Origin: Myxococcales bacterium | GTDB lineage: Bacteria > Myxococcota_A > Polyangia > Polyangiales > Polyangiaceae | DNA: 64,000 nt | NCBI GenBank assembly: GCA_043747615.1 | Contig: JAYTOU010000053.1 | Span: forward strand, 91,923-155,922 | Direction: 5' to 3' | The notes under the pieces: generated by a model | Database searches by the model: none | What the model saw: only the letters and a program-made list of their open reading frames with translations | What the model was told of the DNA's origin: nothing | Shown: positions 43,281 to 52,349 of the stretch, one piece after another | Layout: each line of letters begins with the position of its first letter | Numbering within the stretch: the stretch's first letter is position 1 | Translations under genes and position numbers: made by a program

Positions 43281-43287
43281 CGATGCC

Positions 43288-43779
43288 CTAGCCGCAGGCG
43301 TCGCAGAGGCCCTTGAGCTGAACTTCCACTTCCTTGCCGCCGATCGAGCGCGGCGCCCCGAACGCCGGGACGATCTTGATGGCCACGCCCGGCAAGCACG
43401 AGACGACGCCACAGTCACTGCACACGAAGTGCGGGTGCTCGCCGGTGTGGTTGCCGCCGGCGCGTTTCAACTCGAAGCGCCACACGTGATCGCCGAGATC
43501 GGTCCGGCTGACGATGCCCGCCTCGGCGAGGTCCATCAGGTTTCGGTAGAGGGTCGCTCGGTCGAAGCCCGCGTCGGAGACCGCTTCGTAGAGGTCGGCG
43601 TGGCTTGCCGGAGTTCCTGATCCTTGCAAGAAGCGAAGAACCGCCACCCGCGGACCCGTGCTCCGCAGACCGGCTGCGCGAAGAAGCCCCTGGAGCTCCG
43701 CGACGGGAACGGGCTTGAGTGTGCTCACGCGCCGCGTCGGCTGTTTTTTAGCGGGTTTGAGGCGTTTTGGTTTGGTCAC
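43288..43779 (-). CDS. Fur-family transcriptional regulator (Zur-like)
   Basis: GLRSTGPR, ATLYRNL, HPHFVCSDCG, GLCDAC. Confidence 0.9.
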   Translation of the reverse strand: MTKPKRLKPAKKQPTRRVSTLKPVPVAELQGLLRAAGLRSTGPRVAVLRFLQGSGTPASHADLYEAVSDAGFDRATLYRNLMDLAEAGIVSRTDLGDHVWRFELKRAGGNHTGEHPHFVCSDCGVVSCLPGVAIKIVPAFGAPRSIGGKEVEVQLKGLCDACG

Positions 43780-43833
43780 TTCATGCTCCGACGACGATGA
43801 AAAAAGGTAGCCCTCGAGGAGGGTGCGGTCCAG

Positions 43834-45093
43834 TCACGGCGGTGACGGGTAGTGCCGTTTGACGAAGCAGAGACCGTCCGCGCCGTTCCAGTGCCCCTGC
43901 GTGCTCTGGTTGTAGGTCGAGTAATCGTAGTAGTCGCGAAAGCCGATCGCCGGGTCCGTGGCGCGGGGAACCGACACGGGATCGAAGTGCATCTGCCCCG
44001 TGCGCGATCCGCCATTTGGATTCTGGTAGGCGGGATCGCAGATGCGCCATGGAACGGGCGCTCCCGTCGCGTCTTTGAAGCCCGTGTAATCGAGACCCAC
44101 GAGCCTATCCATCGTCACCACCGGCGCGCCCGCGTCCACCGCGACGGCCTGCGATGCCATTTGATCGAAGTGCGGCGGCGTGTCGTGCTGCACGCTCTCC
44201 CAGAACGGATGATCGGTATGGTAGGTGACCTCACCGGTGACGAAGGTGTTGGTCGGAAAGGCGATGCCACGCGGATGCGGCTCGCCGTACGACCCCGCCC
44301 CAGCGTTGTCGGGGTTGCCGCAGTTGACGTAGCTGGTGGGCGATTTGAAGCAGAGCTTGAACCTTACGGTCGCCGGAATGTTCGCCGCGCCCGCGTCGAC
44401 GCCTCCCGTGCAGCTTGATCCTCCCTTGAAGGTAGCTGTTCCGGCGTAGAGCACCGTGCACTGGTTTTCGGCCATTTCGCGGTAGAGCACCACCGCTTCC
44501 GGTCCGAGATTCACGTTCATTGCGTCGAGCGTGGCGTTCACGGAATCGAAGCCGATGGCGTACTTGGTTCCGTCGGTCGCGAAGGGGGCGTTGCCGTTCT
44601 TGTTTTGATTGGAGAGAACGGCAAAAGGCACAGCGCGCTCTCCTGTCTCCTTGCCGTTCACGTAGCTCGGATCGTCCTTGTGGAGATCGACTGCCCATGG
44701 TCCGTCGACCTCAGCCAAGACGCCGTCGGTCTGGGACTGATCGGTCGGGATCTTGTCTGGGTTGCTCGATAGCGTGACCCGATCGAACGTCACGAGGAGG
44801 TGAGCGAACGAAATCTGCCAGCCGTCGGCGAACACCGGATCACCCGCGTTTTGCGCGGGAAACGAGTATCCCGATAGGGCCAGTTGCTCCCCCGACGCGG
44901 TGAGAAGAAGCTCGCCTGCGCCAAGCCTGCCGACGTCGGGAGGCGTGAACGGTTTGAGCCCGCCCCCGTCCGTCGCGCTCGGAGCGTTCCCCGTTGCGTC
45001 TCTGCCCCCGGAGTCGGGAGCGAAGACAGCGCCGTTGTCGTCGGTGCACGCTGCGACGAAGACGAGCGCGCCCATCATCAAGGACCTTTTCAC
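43834..45093 (-). CDS. Hypothetical lipoprotein in TonB-dependent receptor operon
   Basis: GTGA overlap; lipobox VAAC; YHTDHPFW...HDTPPHFD. Confidence 0.75.
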   Translation of the reverse strand: MKRSLMMGALVFVAACTDDNGAVFAPDSGGRDATGNAPSATDGGGLKPFTPPDVGRLGAGELLLTASGEQLALSGYSFPAQNAGDPVFADGWQISFAHLLVTFDRVTLSSNPDKIPTDQSQTDGVLAEVDGPWAVDLHKDDPSYVNGKETGERAVPFAVLSNQNKNGNAPFATDGTKYAIGFDSVNATLDAMNVNLGPEAVVLYREMAENQCTVLYAGTATFKGGSSCTGGVDAGAANIPATVRFKLCFKSPTSYVNCGNPDNAGAGSYGEPHPRGIAFPTNTFVTGEVTYHTDHPFWESVQHDTPPHFDQMASQAVAVDAGAPVVTMDRLVGLDYTGFKDATGAPVPWRICDPAYQNPNGGSRTGQMHFDPVSVPRATDPAIGFRDYYDYSTYNQSTQGHWNGADGLCFVKRHYPSPP

Positions 45094-45893
45094 GGGCTCT
45101 TGTCCTTCCACTCGAACCGATACGCGGCCCCTGCGGCTCGGAGGTTTTGATAAAGATTGAGGCTCGGCTGATCGTCGGACACGTCGGAAAATCCGTAGGT
45201 CGGAGGGTCGTCGGAGAACTTGTGGAGGGCGGAGAAATCCACGTTCACGAAGAGCGGCTTGGGGTCGACGTGCAGAAGGAGGAGCCCCCCTTCCCGCACG
45301 GTGATCGACGTAACGATCGGCGACACGATCCGCTGCTTACAAATCGGATGAGCACCCGGAAGCGCGCTACCCATGCTCGCCACGCCCGCGCGGTTCTTGC
45401 CAATCGTAAGGTGGGCCGTAAAAGGAAATACGTTGCCGCTCTGGTCGGCCGAGCCAGCGACGTCGAGAATCACGGTCGCATCGTCCGTCGCGTTCACGTC
45501 GCCCCCGGTGAGCCAGAGCTGAGCTACGCGCGCGGGGAGCGTGCTGCCACTGCCGTGCTCTGGAAAGACCTGAATTTGAGGCGAAAGCATGTCGACGTCG
45601 AGACCGCTTCGCACTTGCGCGGCGTACGTCCCCGGCAGCGTGCACGCCGTCTCCGCCGAGCCCGAGGTGGGGAGGCTCTGATCGAGATAGATGGCGCCGA
45701 TGTGGAGCTTCGCGCTCGTGAGGAGGACGTGAAACCCGCGGTCGCTCGTGAACTCGTAAGGGCTATTCGCCGTCGCGTCGGCCACGCCCACCGCTGCGGC
45801 ATCAAAGCTGACCAGACCGTAGCCCGTCGTCCCCGAGCACGCGAAAGCGCACGCAGAGGCTGCGAATACCGTGAGTGCATTTCGCAGCTTCAT
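45090..45893 (-). CDS. Hypothetical lipoprotein in TonB-dependent receptor operon
   Basis: MKLRNALTVFAASACAFAC; starts 1 nt after the receptor stop. Confidence 0.75.
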   Translation of the reverse strand: MKLRNALTVFAASACAFACSGTTGYGLVSFDAAAVGVADATANSPYEFTSDRGFHVLLTSAKLHIGAIYLDQSLPTSGSAETACTLPGTYAAQVRSGLDVDMLSPQIQVFPEHGSGSTLPARVAQLWLTGGDVNATDDATVILDVAGSADQSGNVFPFTAHLTIGKNRAGVASMGSALPGAHPICKQRIVSPIVTSITVREGGLLLLHVDPKPLFVNVDFSALHKFSDDPPTYGFSDVSDDQPSLNLYQNLRAAGAAYRFEWKDKSP

Positions 45894-45894
45894 T

Positions 45895-48474
45895 TCAAGG
45901 CCCCCCGAAGTTGATGGCGAAGGTCGCGAAGATCCCTCGCGGAGCGCCCGCCGCAAAGTGCCGCATGGGCACGAGCGTGGGCGGCTGCTGACTCTGGAAG
46001 CTCGAGACGAAATTGTATTCGCCGAGGCGGTAGCGGCGATCGAACAGGTTGGTCGCGATGAGCCCGAGCTCGTAGCGCGTCCAGGCGAGCGTCGCGGAGG
46101 CATCCACGGTGAAGATCCGGTCGCTGGATTCGCCATAGGGGAGCGCGCGCCTTCCCACGTAGGTGAGACCAGCGCCGAGTGTTCCACGAATTTTTTCGCC
46201 GCGCACCTTCCACGGAAAGTCCGCAAAGACAGCCGAATCCGAGCGCACCACGACGTCGGGCACGTAGGCCACGAGGAGGTGTGTGTCGTCGTACGTCGAC
46301 TTCACGAAGGTCACGTTGGCAGCCTCGTCGAAGAACGCTCCGGTGGCTCGGACCGCGCCCGCCCAGCCGGTGCGCGTGGTTCCGACCCCGACGACGTTGC
46401 GCCCCTCGGTCTCGCTGAAGATGAGATCTTTGTCGACGTGGGTTTGAAAGAAGACCGAGCGCGCGACGAGCCCGATCTTGTGCACCTCACCAGCGTAGGC
46501 AGCGCCGGCTTCGTACGCCGTGACGCTGGCGAAAGGGGTCTTGATGTCCTGGGTGATGTAGCTCGGGTCGATGGATCGTACGCCCTGCCCGTAGCTGGCA
46601 GAGAACGTGAGGTCGTCGAACGGCCCAAGGATGAGGGAGCCGCGTGGGAGCACGGCGCTGCTCGCGGTCGAAGCGCGCTGGTTCGGCTCGCGGTGGCGTC
46701 CGAAGTCTTCTTGGCTGAGGCAGCTCGCGTCTCCGGGCGGGCTCGTCTTCGAAGGATTGTCGACGCCGTGGACGGCGCATTTGTCGAGCACGTTGAAGGT
46801 GAAGAGATCGGCGCGCGCGCCGCCGCGAAAGCCGAGCCAGCGCGTGGCGTGCAGATCGACGTCTCCGTAAAGACCAAGATCGCCGAGCTGCGACTCAAGG
46901 TTCGTCTCCGTGGCGTACGGATGGTTGGTGACGGCAGCCAGGCGCTGCTGCGAACCGTCCACGTGATCACCGCGCGCAAAATAGCCGAGCTCGAGGTCTT
47001 GCTTCTGATCGAAGGCTTTGCCCCGCAAGTGAGCTGCGCCGCGCGAGCCGACCGTGAGCTCGGTCACGTTGAGGTCCAGCAAATCGCCGCGCTGGGGATG
47101 AGGATTTTGGAGCGGTGTCTGAACGTCGAGAAGGAAGCCGGTGAAGTTCTCCCGGAGCCGCGACGTGTTCGACGTGAGAAAGAGCTGCTCCGTGAAGGTG
47201 GTCGAGCCGGCGCGGCTCTCGACGTCACCGGCGAGTGAGAAGCGCGAGCTGTCTCCGCCCTGGCCGAAGTCGTACGTGTCGTAGAAGCCTTTTTTTCCCG
47301 AACGGACGTCGTCAGCGCGGAGGACGCCCGCCGAATGGAACGTCGTCGAAAACGCGGTGCCGGTGATCCGGTAGGAGCCCTTGCCGCTAAGCTTTCCCTC
47401 GTACTGGGCCATCGCGCTCGCTCGTTTCGCGTCGCGGTTCTGGCCGTACCCGCCGGTGCCGTAGATCTCGACACCGCCAAACGTACCCGTGCTCTGGTGC
47501 TCTGGTCCCCAGGTGAGGAGCATGCGCTGAGTGCCGAAGCTGCCACCCATGTACTTCGCCGTGAGACCGCGTTTCTCGAGCCCAAGCTCGTAGTTCGCGC
47601 TTCCGGCGACGGCGTAGTTTCCCTGGCGCGGATCGAACGGTCCTTCCACGACGCGAAGCGATTTCACGAGCTCGGGGATGATGAAGTGAGTGTTGGCGAC
47701 ACCGTTGCCGTGGAGGTTTCCGCTCTCGTTGATGGGTACGCCGCCCACCGAAAATTCGATGTCTTGCCCTTCCCGCGCATCGAAGCCGCGGAGAAAGACC
47801 TGCTCGGCGTGCCCCTCCCCGCCCTCGTTAGTGAGCAAGATTCCGGGGGCGAGCTTGAGAAGCTCCGAGGCGTTGGCGCGCGGCACGTGGCGAAGCTCGC
47901 CCACCCGCAAGTTGAAGTCGGATGCGCCGCGGCTCGGCGGCTCGCGTCGTCCGCCCACCGTGACCTCGTCGTCATCCTCGGTCGCTGCAGGGGCCGCTCG
48001 GGGCGCTTGCGGAGCGCTGACCCCGCCACGCGTGGGATCGGGCTCCTTGGACTCGACCATGTCGGGTGGCGGCGCGGGCGGCGAGAAGTGGAACGGGACA
48101 CGGATGCGGCTGGCTACCGGTTTTCCCGCTCGGGTGGCCGGAGCGAACCTCCATTGCCGCGACGCGACGACCGCCGCCTCGTCGAGATCCTCCCCGCCCG
48201 ACGTGAGCACGTCCACCTTCGTGACGTGCCCGTCGACGTCGATGGTGAGGCCGACCACGACGTCGGCGTCTTTTTGCTCGGCGAGCGCCGACGGCGGATA
48301 GACCGCGTCGACGTGGCTGACCACGACCGGCGCCGTCACGTCCGTCGCGGGTTGGGTGGGCGCCGCCTGGGCGGGCTGGGCGGCCGCCGAAGGGCACGAC
48401 AGAAAGAGCGCGACGAGGAAAGCCCTTCCGACGCCATGACCGAAGAAACCCAACGTGTGCGCGCCGTTTCTCAT
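45895..48474 (-). CDS. TonB-dependent receptor with N-terminal TonB-C-like domain
   Basis: YPPSA..IDVDGHV..LDEAAVVASRQWRFAPA; plug GEGHAEQVFLRGFDAREG..GVPIN; C-terminal NLFDRRY..GAPRGIFATF. Confidence 0.9.
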   Translation of the reverse strand: MRNGAHTLGFFGHGVGRAFLVALFLSCPSAAAQPAQAAPTQPATDVTAPVVVSHVDAVYPPSALAEQKDADVVVGLTIDVDGHVTKVDVLTSGGEDLDEAAVVASRQWRFAPATRAGKPVASRIRVPFHFSPPAPPPDMVESKEPDPTRGGVSAPQAPRAAPAATEDDDEVTVGGRREPPSRGASDFNLRVGELRHVPRANASELLKLAPGILLTNEGGEGHAEQVFLRGFDAREGQDIEFSVGGVPINESGNLHGNGVANTHFIIPELVKSLRVVEGPFDPRQGNYAVAGSANYELGLEKRGLTAKYMGGSFGTQRMLLTWGPEHQSTGTFGGVEIYGTGGYGQNRDAKRASAMAQYEGKLSGKGSYRITGTAFSTTFHSAGVLRADDVRSGKKGFYDTYDFGQGGDSSRFSLAGDVESRAGSTTFTEQLFLTSNTSRLRENFTGFLLDVQTPLQNPHPQRGDLLDLNVTELTVGSRGAAHLRGKAFDQKQDLELGYFARGDHVDGSQQRLAAVTNHPYATETNLESQLGDLGLYGDVDLHATRWLGFRGGARADLFTFNVLDKCAVHGVDNPSKTSPPGDASCLSQEDFGRHREPNQRASTASSAVLPRGSLILGPFDDLTFSASYGQGVRSIDPSYITQDIKTPFASVTAYEAGAAYAGEVHKIGLVARSVFFQTHVDKDLIFSETEGRNVVGVGTTRTGWAGAVRATGAFFDEAANVTFVKSTYDDTHLLVAYVPDVVVRSDSAVFADFPWKVRGEKIRGTLGAGLTYVGRRALPYGESSDRIFTVDASATLAWTRYELGLIATNLFDRRYRLGEYNFVSSFQSQQPPTLVPMRHFAAGAPRGIFATFAINFGGP

Positions 48475-48527
48475 TGCAGCAGTACCAAGAGCGCTACTGT
48501 ATGCAACATGTGAACGCAATAGACGTG

Positions 48528-48550
48528 TTATCGCAATCTAGTTGCAATAA
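48528..48550. promoter_or_regulatory. Putative Fur-family (Zur/Mur-like) operator
   Basis: TTATCGCAA-N5-TTGCAATAA inverted repeat (8/9 match), ~54 nt upstream of the receptor ATG; operon ends in a Fur-family gene. Confidence 0.65.
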
Positions 48551-48578
48551 AGAATCAACGGACACGCTCTAGCGCGCC

Positions 48579-48950
48579 GTGCTACTTTGTGGCGTGACTG
48601 CTCGTTACAAAACCCTCGTTTGCGGGGCGCTCTTCGTCCTCCTCAGCGCCGGCTGCGCGACGGGAATCTTCACCCCCGAGAGCGACGGCGGCGGCGGCGC
48701 GACCGAGGCATCCACCGACATGGACGCGAGCACGGACGCCGGCAAAGCCGACACGGGCCGGGCCGACGTCGGCACCCCCGACAGCGGCGGCGGCGCGTGC
48801 AGCGACTGGGCGGGTCCCACGGTTGCGGCCGGCTGCTCGGACATGTGCAACACGACGACGCACATCTGCGGGGCGAACGGTTGTTACAACATGTGGTGGT
48901 GCAAGATTTCCACTGGAGTCTGCAGCAAAGCGCCCCCCACCGGCTGCTAG
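48579..48950 (+). CDS. Small Cys-rich lipoprotein
   Basis: LSAGC lipobox; DAG-rich linker; C-terminal Cys cluster. Confidence 0.65.
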   Translation: MLLCGVTARYKTLVCGALFVLLSAGCATGIFTPESDGGGGATEASTDMDASTDAGKADTGRADVGTPDSGGGACSDWAGPTVAAGCSDMCNTTTHICGANGCYNMWWCKISTGVCSKAPPTGC

Positions 48951-49213
48951 GCCTGCTTGCGCATGCGTTGGTTGCTTGCGCAATCGATGCAAAACGTCTC
49001 GCCCGTCCAGGCGCTTTCGGACATGCGGTGGCCTTCGTCCGGAAGACCGCGGGGCGCGACATGCAGCCAACCGAGCGCGCGGAGCTTACTCACCGCCCAC
49101 GCGCGCGACAGGTGCGGTGCGTCGAACGTGACGACCGGCGAACCGATGAGGCACGCATCGCAATACGCAGCCCAAACGGTCTTTCGCCGTGACAGTGGGA
49201 GGAGCATTCCCAT
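48947..49213 (-). CDS. Small putative zinc-finger protein
   Basis: CDAC...GW...CIDC; about 88 aa. Confidence 0.45.
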   Translation of the reverse strand: MGMLLPLSRRKTVWAAYCDACLIGSPVVTFDAPHLSRAWAVSKLRALGWLHVAPRGLPDEGHRMSESAWTGETFCIDCASNQRMRKQA

Positions 49214-49248
49214 ATACTGAACAAACCACTGAACAAGGCAAGGCACGA

Positions 49249-49419
49249 GTGACTCTTCTGGTCGGCGCTCTGAAGCAGGCAATCTCGGAAATCGCGGCCC
49301 GGAAAGGGCTGAAGAACTTCCGCGTTCTCGAAAAGATAAACGCTCGCGGCGAGCTCGTGATCGCGCTGATCATCCCCCAGGCAAGGCCTCGTACGCCACC
49401 TGGCGGGGCACTCCCTTGA
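49249..49419 (+). CDS. Small hypothetical protein
   Basis: GTG after AAGG; protein-like composition (LKQAISEIAARKGLKNFRVLEK). Confidence 0.4.
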   Translation: MTLLVGALKQAISEIAARKGLKNFRVLEKINARGELVIALIIPQARPRTPPGGALP

Positions 49420-49450
49420 TCTAGCGGACCACTGATTGTATGTTCAGCTC

Positions 49451-49897
49451 ATGAACGAACCCGCGCTTCTTCTGCCCGCTCCGCTCCAGGCCATTCTCGA
49501 TCTCTTTGCGACCGAATTCGCGGAGGTCCATTTCGCCGACATCGACGCTACGACGCTCGCGCGGCTCACGCGCGACGTGCAAACGGCGAACGAAACGGTG
49601 GTCGCCGCGCAAACCGTGCTCGACGGTGCGCACGCCGCGTTGCAAGAACGGCGCGACATGCTCCTGCAGCACGCCCATCGCGCGCTCGCCTACGCCCGCG
49701 TCTACGCCGAGAACGACGAGGGGCTCACCGCGCGCCTCGAAGCGATCGTGCTCCCTGGCTCGCGCCCGGCGAGCTCGAGGCGCGCGCCGGTGAGGCAGGC
49801 TGATCCGCTGCATCCGAACGCAAAGCGCGCGTCGCGAAGGAATGCAAAGGTCGAGGCTTCCGAGCTCCTTCTGGGAGCAGACACCGCCGCCGAGTAA
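49451..49897 (+). CDS. Hypothetical coiled-coil protein
   Basis: LDLFATEFAEVHFADID...RALAYARVYAE; helical composition. Confidence 0.7.
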   Translation: MNEPALLLPAPLQAILDLFATEFAEVHFADIDATTLARLTRDVQTANETVVAAQTVLDGAHAALQERRDMLLQHAHRALAYARVYAENDEGLTARLEAIVLPGSRPASSRRAPVRQADPLHPNAKRASRRNAKVEASELLLGADTAAE

Positions 49898-49900
49898 GGC

Positions 49901-52204
49901 TCAGGTCTTCTTCGAGCCCAAGCTCGCGAACGGATTGTTCGAGAACACCGGCCCCGCTTTACTTGCAGGTTGCATGTTTCGCCCGTGGGCCCGTGAATCC
50001 TGGCGCGGCGCGTCGTTTCGCTTCGGCGCGGCCACCGCTCCGGATTTCGCGGTAAGGGCGATCCGCTTCCTCACGAGATCGACTTCGAGAACGCGCACCT
50101 TCAGCTTGTCTCCCACCTTCACCACGGTGCTCGGATCTTTCACGAAGCGATCGGAGAGCTGCGACACGTGGACGAGGCCGTCCTGGTGCACGCCCACGTC
50201 GACGAAGGCCCCGAACGCAGTCACGTTCGTCACCACGCCCTCGAGCTCCATTCCCAGCTTGAGATCTCCCATCGTGCGGACGTCGTCGCGGAACGCGGGC
50301 GCTTCGAACGTATCGCGGGGATCGCGCCCCGGCTTCTTGAGCTCGTTCTGGATGTCCTCGAGGGTGGGCATGCCGACCGTGGCGGAGACGTACTTCTGCC
50401 ACGGGATCTTCCGTGTCAGCTCCTCGTTGCCGACGAGGGAAGCTACGCCGACCCCAGCCTCCTCAGCGATCCGCGCGAGGAGCTCGTAGCGCTCGGGGTG
50501 AACGGCGCTTGCGTCGAGCGGGTTGGCGCCGCCTCGAATGCGCACGAAGCCGGCGCACTGTTCGAAGGCCTTGGGGCCGAAGCCGGAGACCCGCTTAAGG
50601 AGATCCTGGCGGGTCGAAAATGCGCCTTCGTCTTCGCGCGCTTTGACGATCTTCTTGGCGAGCGAGGCACCGACTCCGGCGACACGCGCGAGGAGCGGCG
50701 CGCTGGCCGTGTTGAGCTCCACGCCGACGGCGTTGACGCAGCTCTCGATGACCTCATCGAGCTTGCGCTTGAGAAGCGGCTGGAAGACGTCGTGCTGGTA
50801 CTGGCCGACGCCGATCGACTTGGGGTCGATCTTGACGAGCTCGCCGAGCGGATCCTGCAAACGGCGAGCGATCGATATGGCGCCGCGCACGGTGAGATCG
50901 AGATCGGGAAATTCTTCGCGAGCGACGTCGCTTGCAGAATAGATGGATGCGCCGGACTCGCTCACCAAGACGACGATCGTCGCCGTCAGACCGGCCTCCT
51001 TGAGGAGATCGCGACAGAAGTCTGCCGTCTCTCGCCCGTGGGTGCCGTTTCCTACGGCGATGGCAAAAGGCGTGTACGTCTTCAGAAGCTCCAGCACGAT
51101 CTTCTTGGCCTGCTCGACAGCGTGCGAGCCCTGGACGAGGTTGATGAGCGCGTGGGTGAGGAGCTTGCCGGTGTCGTCGATGGCGACGCATTTGCAACCG
51201 CTGCGCTGCCCGGGATCGATACCGAGCACCGCTCGCCTACCGAGCGGAGCGGCGAGGAGCATTTGCCGTAAATTCTCGGCGAAAATTGCCACGGCGTCGC
51301 GATCGGCGGCGAGCTTGAGATTGACGCGTACGTCGTTCTCGATGCTTGGGCAGAGGAGGCGATTGACGGAGTCGGCGAGTGCCAGTGCCAGCTCGCCCGC
51401 GAACGGCGAGCTCTTCTTCACTCCTACGATGGGAGACAGCTGACCCGTCAGCGCGTCGCGATCGACGTCGACGTTGGCGCGGAGGATTCCCTCGGCCTCA
51501 CCGCGGCGGATGGCGAGGAAGCGGTGCGACGGGATGGTCTTCGCCTTCTCCTTGAAGTCGTAATAAATTTCGAACTTGGTCGGCTCCTTGATCTTCTCGG
51601 GGACGCCGGTCGAGCCGAGCATTCCCTCGTCGTCGAAGGTCGCCCGCACGAGTGCCCGGACCTCCGCGCGCTCGGCGATGTTCTCGGCCACGATGTCTCT
51701 CGCGCCCGCAAGCGCTGTCTTCGTGTCCGGCACCTCCTTCGCAAGATCGACGAACGCGAGCGCCTCGTCTTCCGGGTTGCCCAACGTGGCCTGCAGGAGG
51801 ATGCGCGTGGCGAGCGGCTCGAGGCCGCGCTCTCGGGCGATCATGGCCCGCGTACGGCGCTTCGGCTTGTAGGGCAGGTAGAGGTCTTCGAGCTCGGATT
51901 TCACCCAGCATGTCTCGATGAGTCTCTTGAGCGCGGGGGTGAGCTTGCCTTGCTTCTCGATCTCCGCAGACACAGCCCGACGGCGTTCGTCAAGCTCCAT
52001 GTAGTATGCACGCTTTTCCTCGATCGCCCGGATGGCCACCTCGTCGAGCCCGCCGGTCTGCTCTTTTCTGTAGCGTGCGATGAAGGGGACGCTCCCTCCT
52101 TCCTCGAGTAGGCGGGCAACTGCGCGAACGTCGGGCATGGAGAGCGCGAGCTCTTCGGAGATGCGGGCAGAGGGATCGAACGCATGAACTGCAGCTTCCG
52201 TCAT
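49901..52204 (-). CDS. tex: Tex RNA-binding transcriptional accessory protein
   Basis: VPFIARYRKEQTGGLDE, LEDLYLPYKPKRRT, ARRLQDPL, IGVGQYQHDV, S1 domain FGAFVDVGVHQDGLVH. Confidence 0.96.
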   Translation of the reverse strand: MTEAAVHAFDPSARISEELALSMPDVRAVARLLEEGGSVPFIARYRKEQTGGLDEVAIRAIEEKRAYYMELDERRRAVSAEIEKQGKLTPALKRLIETCWVKSELEDLYLPYKPKRRTRAMIARERGLEPLATRILLQATLGNPEDEALAFVDLAKEVPDTKTALAGARDIVAENIAERAEVRALVRATFDDEGMLGSTGVPEKIKEPTKFEIYYDFKEKAKTIPSHRFLAIRRGEAEGILRANVDVDRDALTGQLSPIVGVKKSSPFAGELALALADSVNRLLCPSIENDVRVNLKLAADRDAVAIFAENLRQMLLAAPLGRRAVLGIDPGQRSGCKCVAIDDTGKLLTHALINLVQGSHAVEQAKKIVLELLKTYTPFAIAVGNGTHGRETADFCRDLLKEAGLTATIVVLVSESGASIYSASDVAREEFPDLDLTVRGAISIARRLQDPLGELVKIDPKSIGVGQYQHDVFQPLLKRKLDEVIESCVNAVGVELNTASAPLLARVAGVGASLAKKIVKAREDEGAFSTRQDLLKRVSGFGPKAFEQCAGFVRIRGGANPLDASAVHPERYELLARIAEEAGVGVASLVGNEELTRKIPWQKYVSATVGMPTLEDIQNELKKPGRDPRDTFEAPAFRDDVRTMGDLKLGMELEGVVTNVTAFGAFVDVGVHQDGLVHVSQLSDRFVKDPSTVVKVGDKLKVRVLEVDLVRKRIALTAKSGAVAAPKRNDAPRQDSRAHGRNMQPASKAGPVFSNNPFASLGSKKT

Positions 52205-52349
52205 GGCGACGACTCTTAGTCGAAGTCCGCTCCCAGCTCCAAACGCCCTCGGAAATAAGCCTCGGGCAGCGCCGCGGACTTGCACCTACACGCGAGGCTC
52301 GCAAGGAGATCTTTTGGATTGGAACGCTTTGCCCTTAGGATGAAACGAC

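Noticed and set aside
43776..43784. ATG-AAG-TGA minigene overlapping the Fur-family gene start
   Set aside because: The GGAG spacing fits the GTG start (6 nt), not this ATG (1 nt)
48475..48578. Cobalamin or other riboswitch upstream of the TonB-dependent receptor
   Set aside because: Spacer is only about 100 nt with no B12-box; the palindrome explains it better
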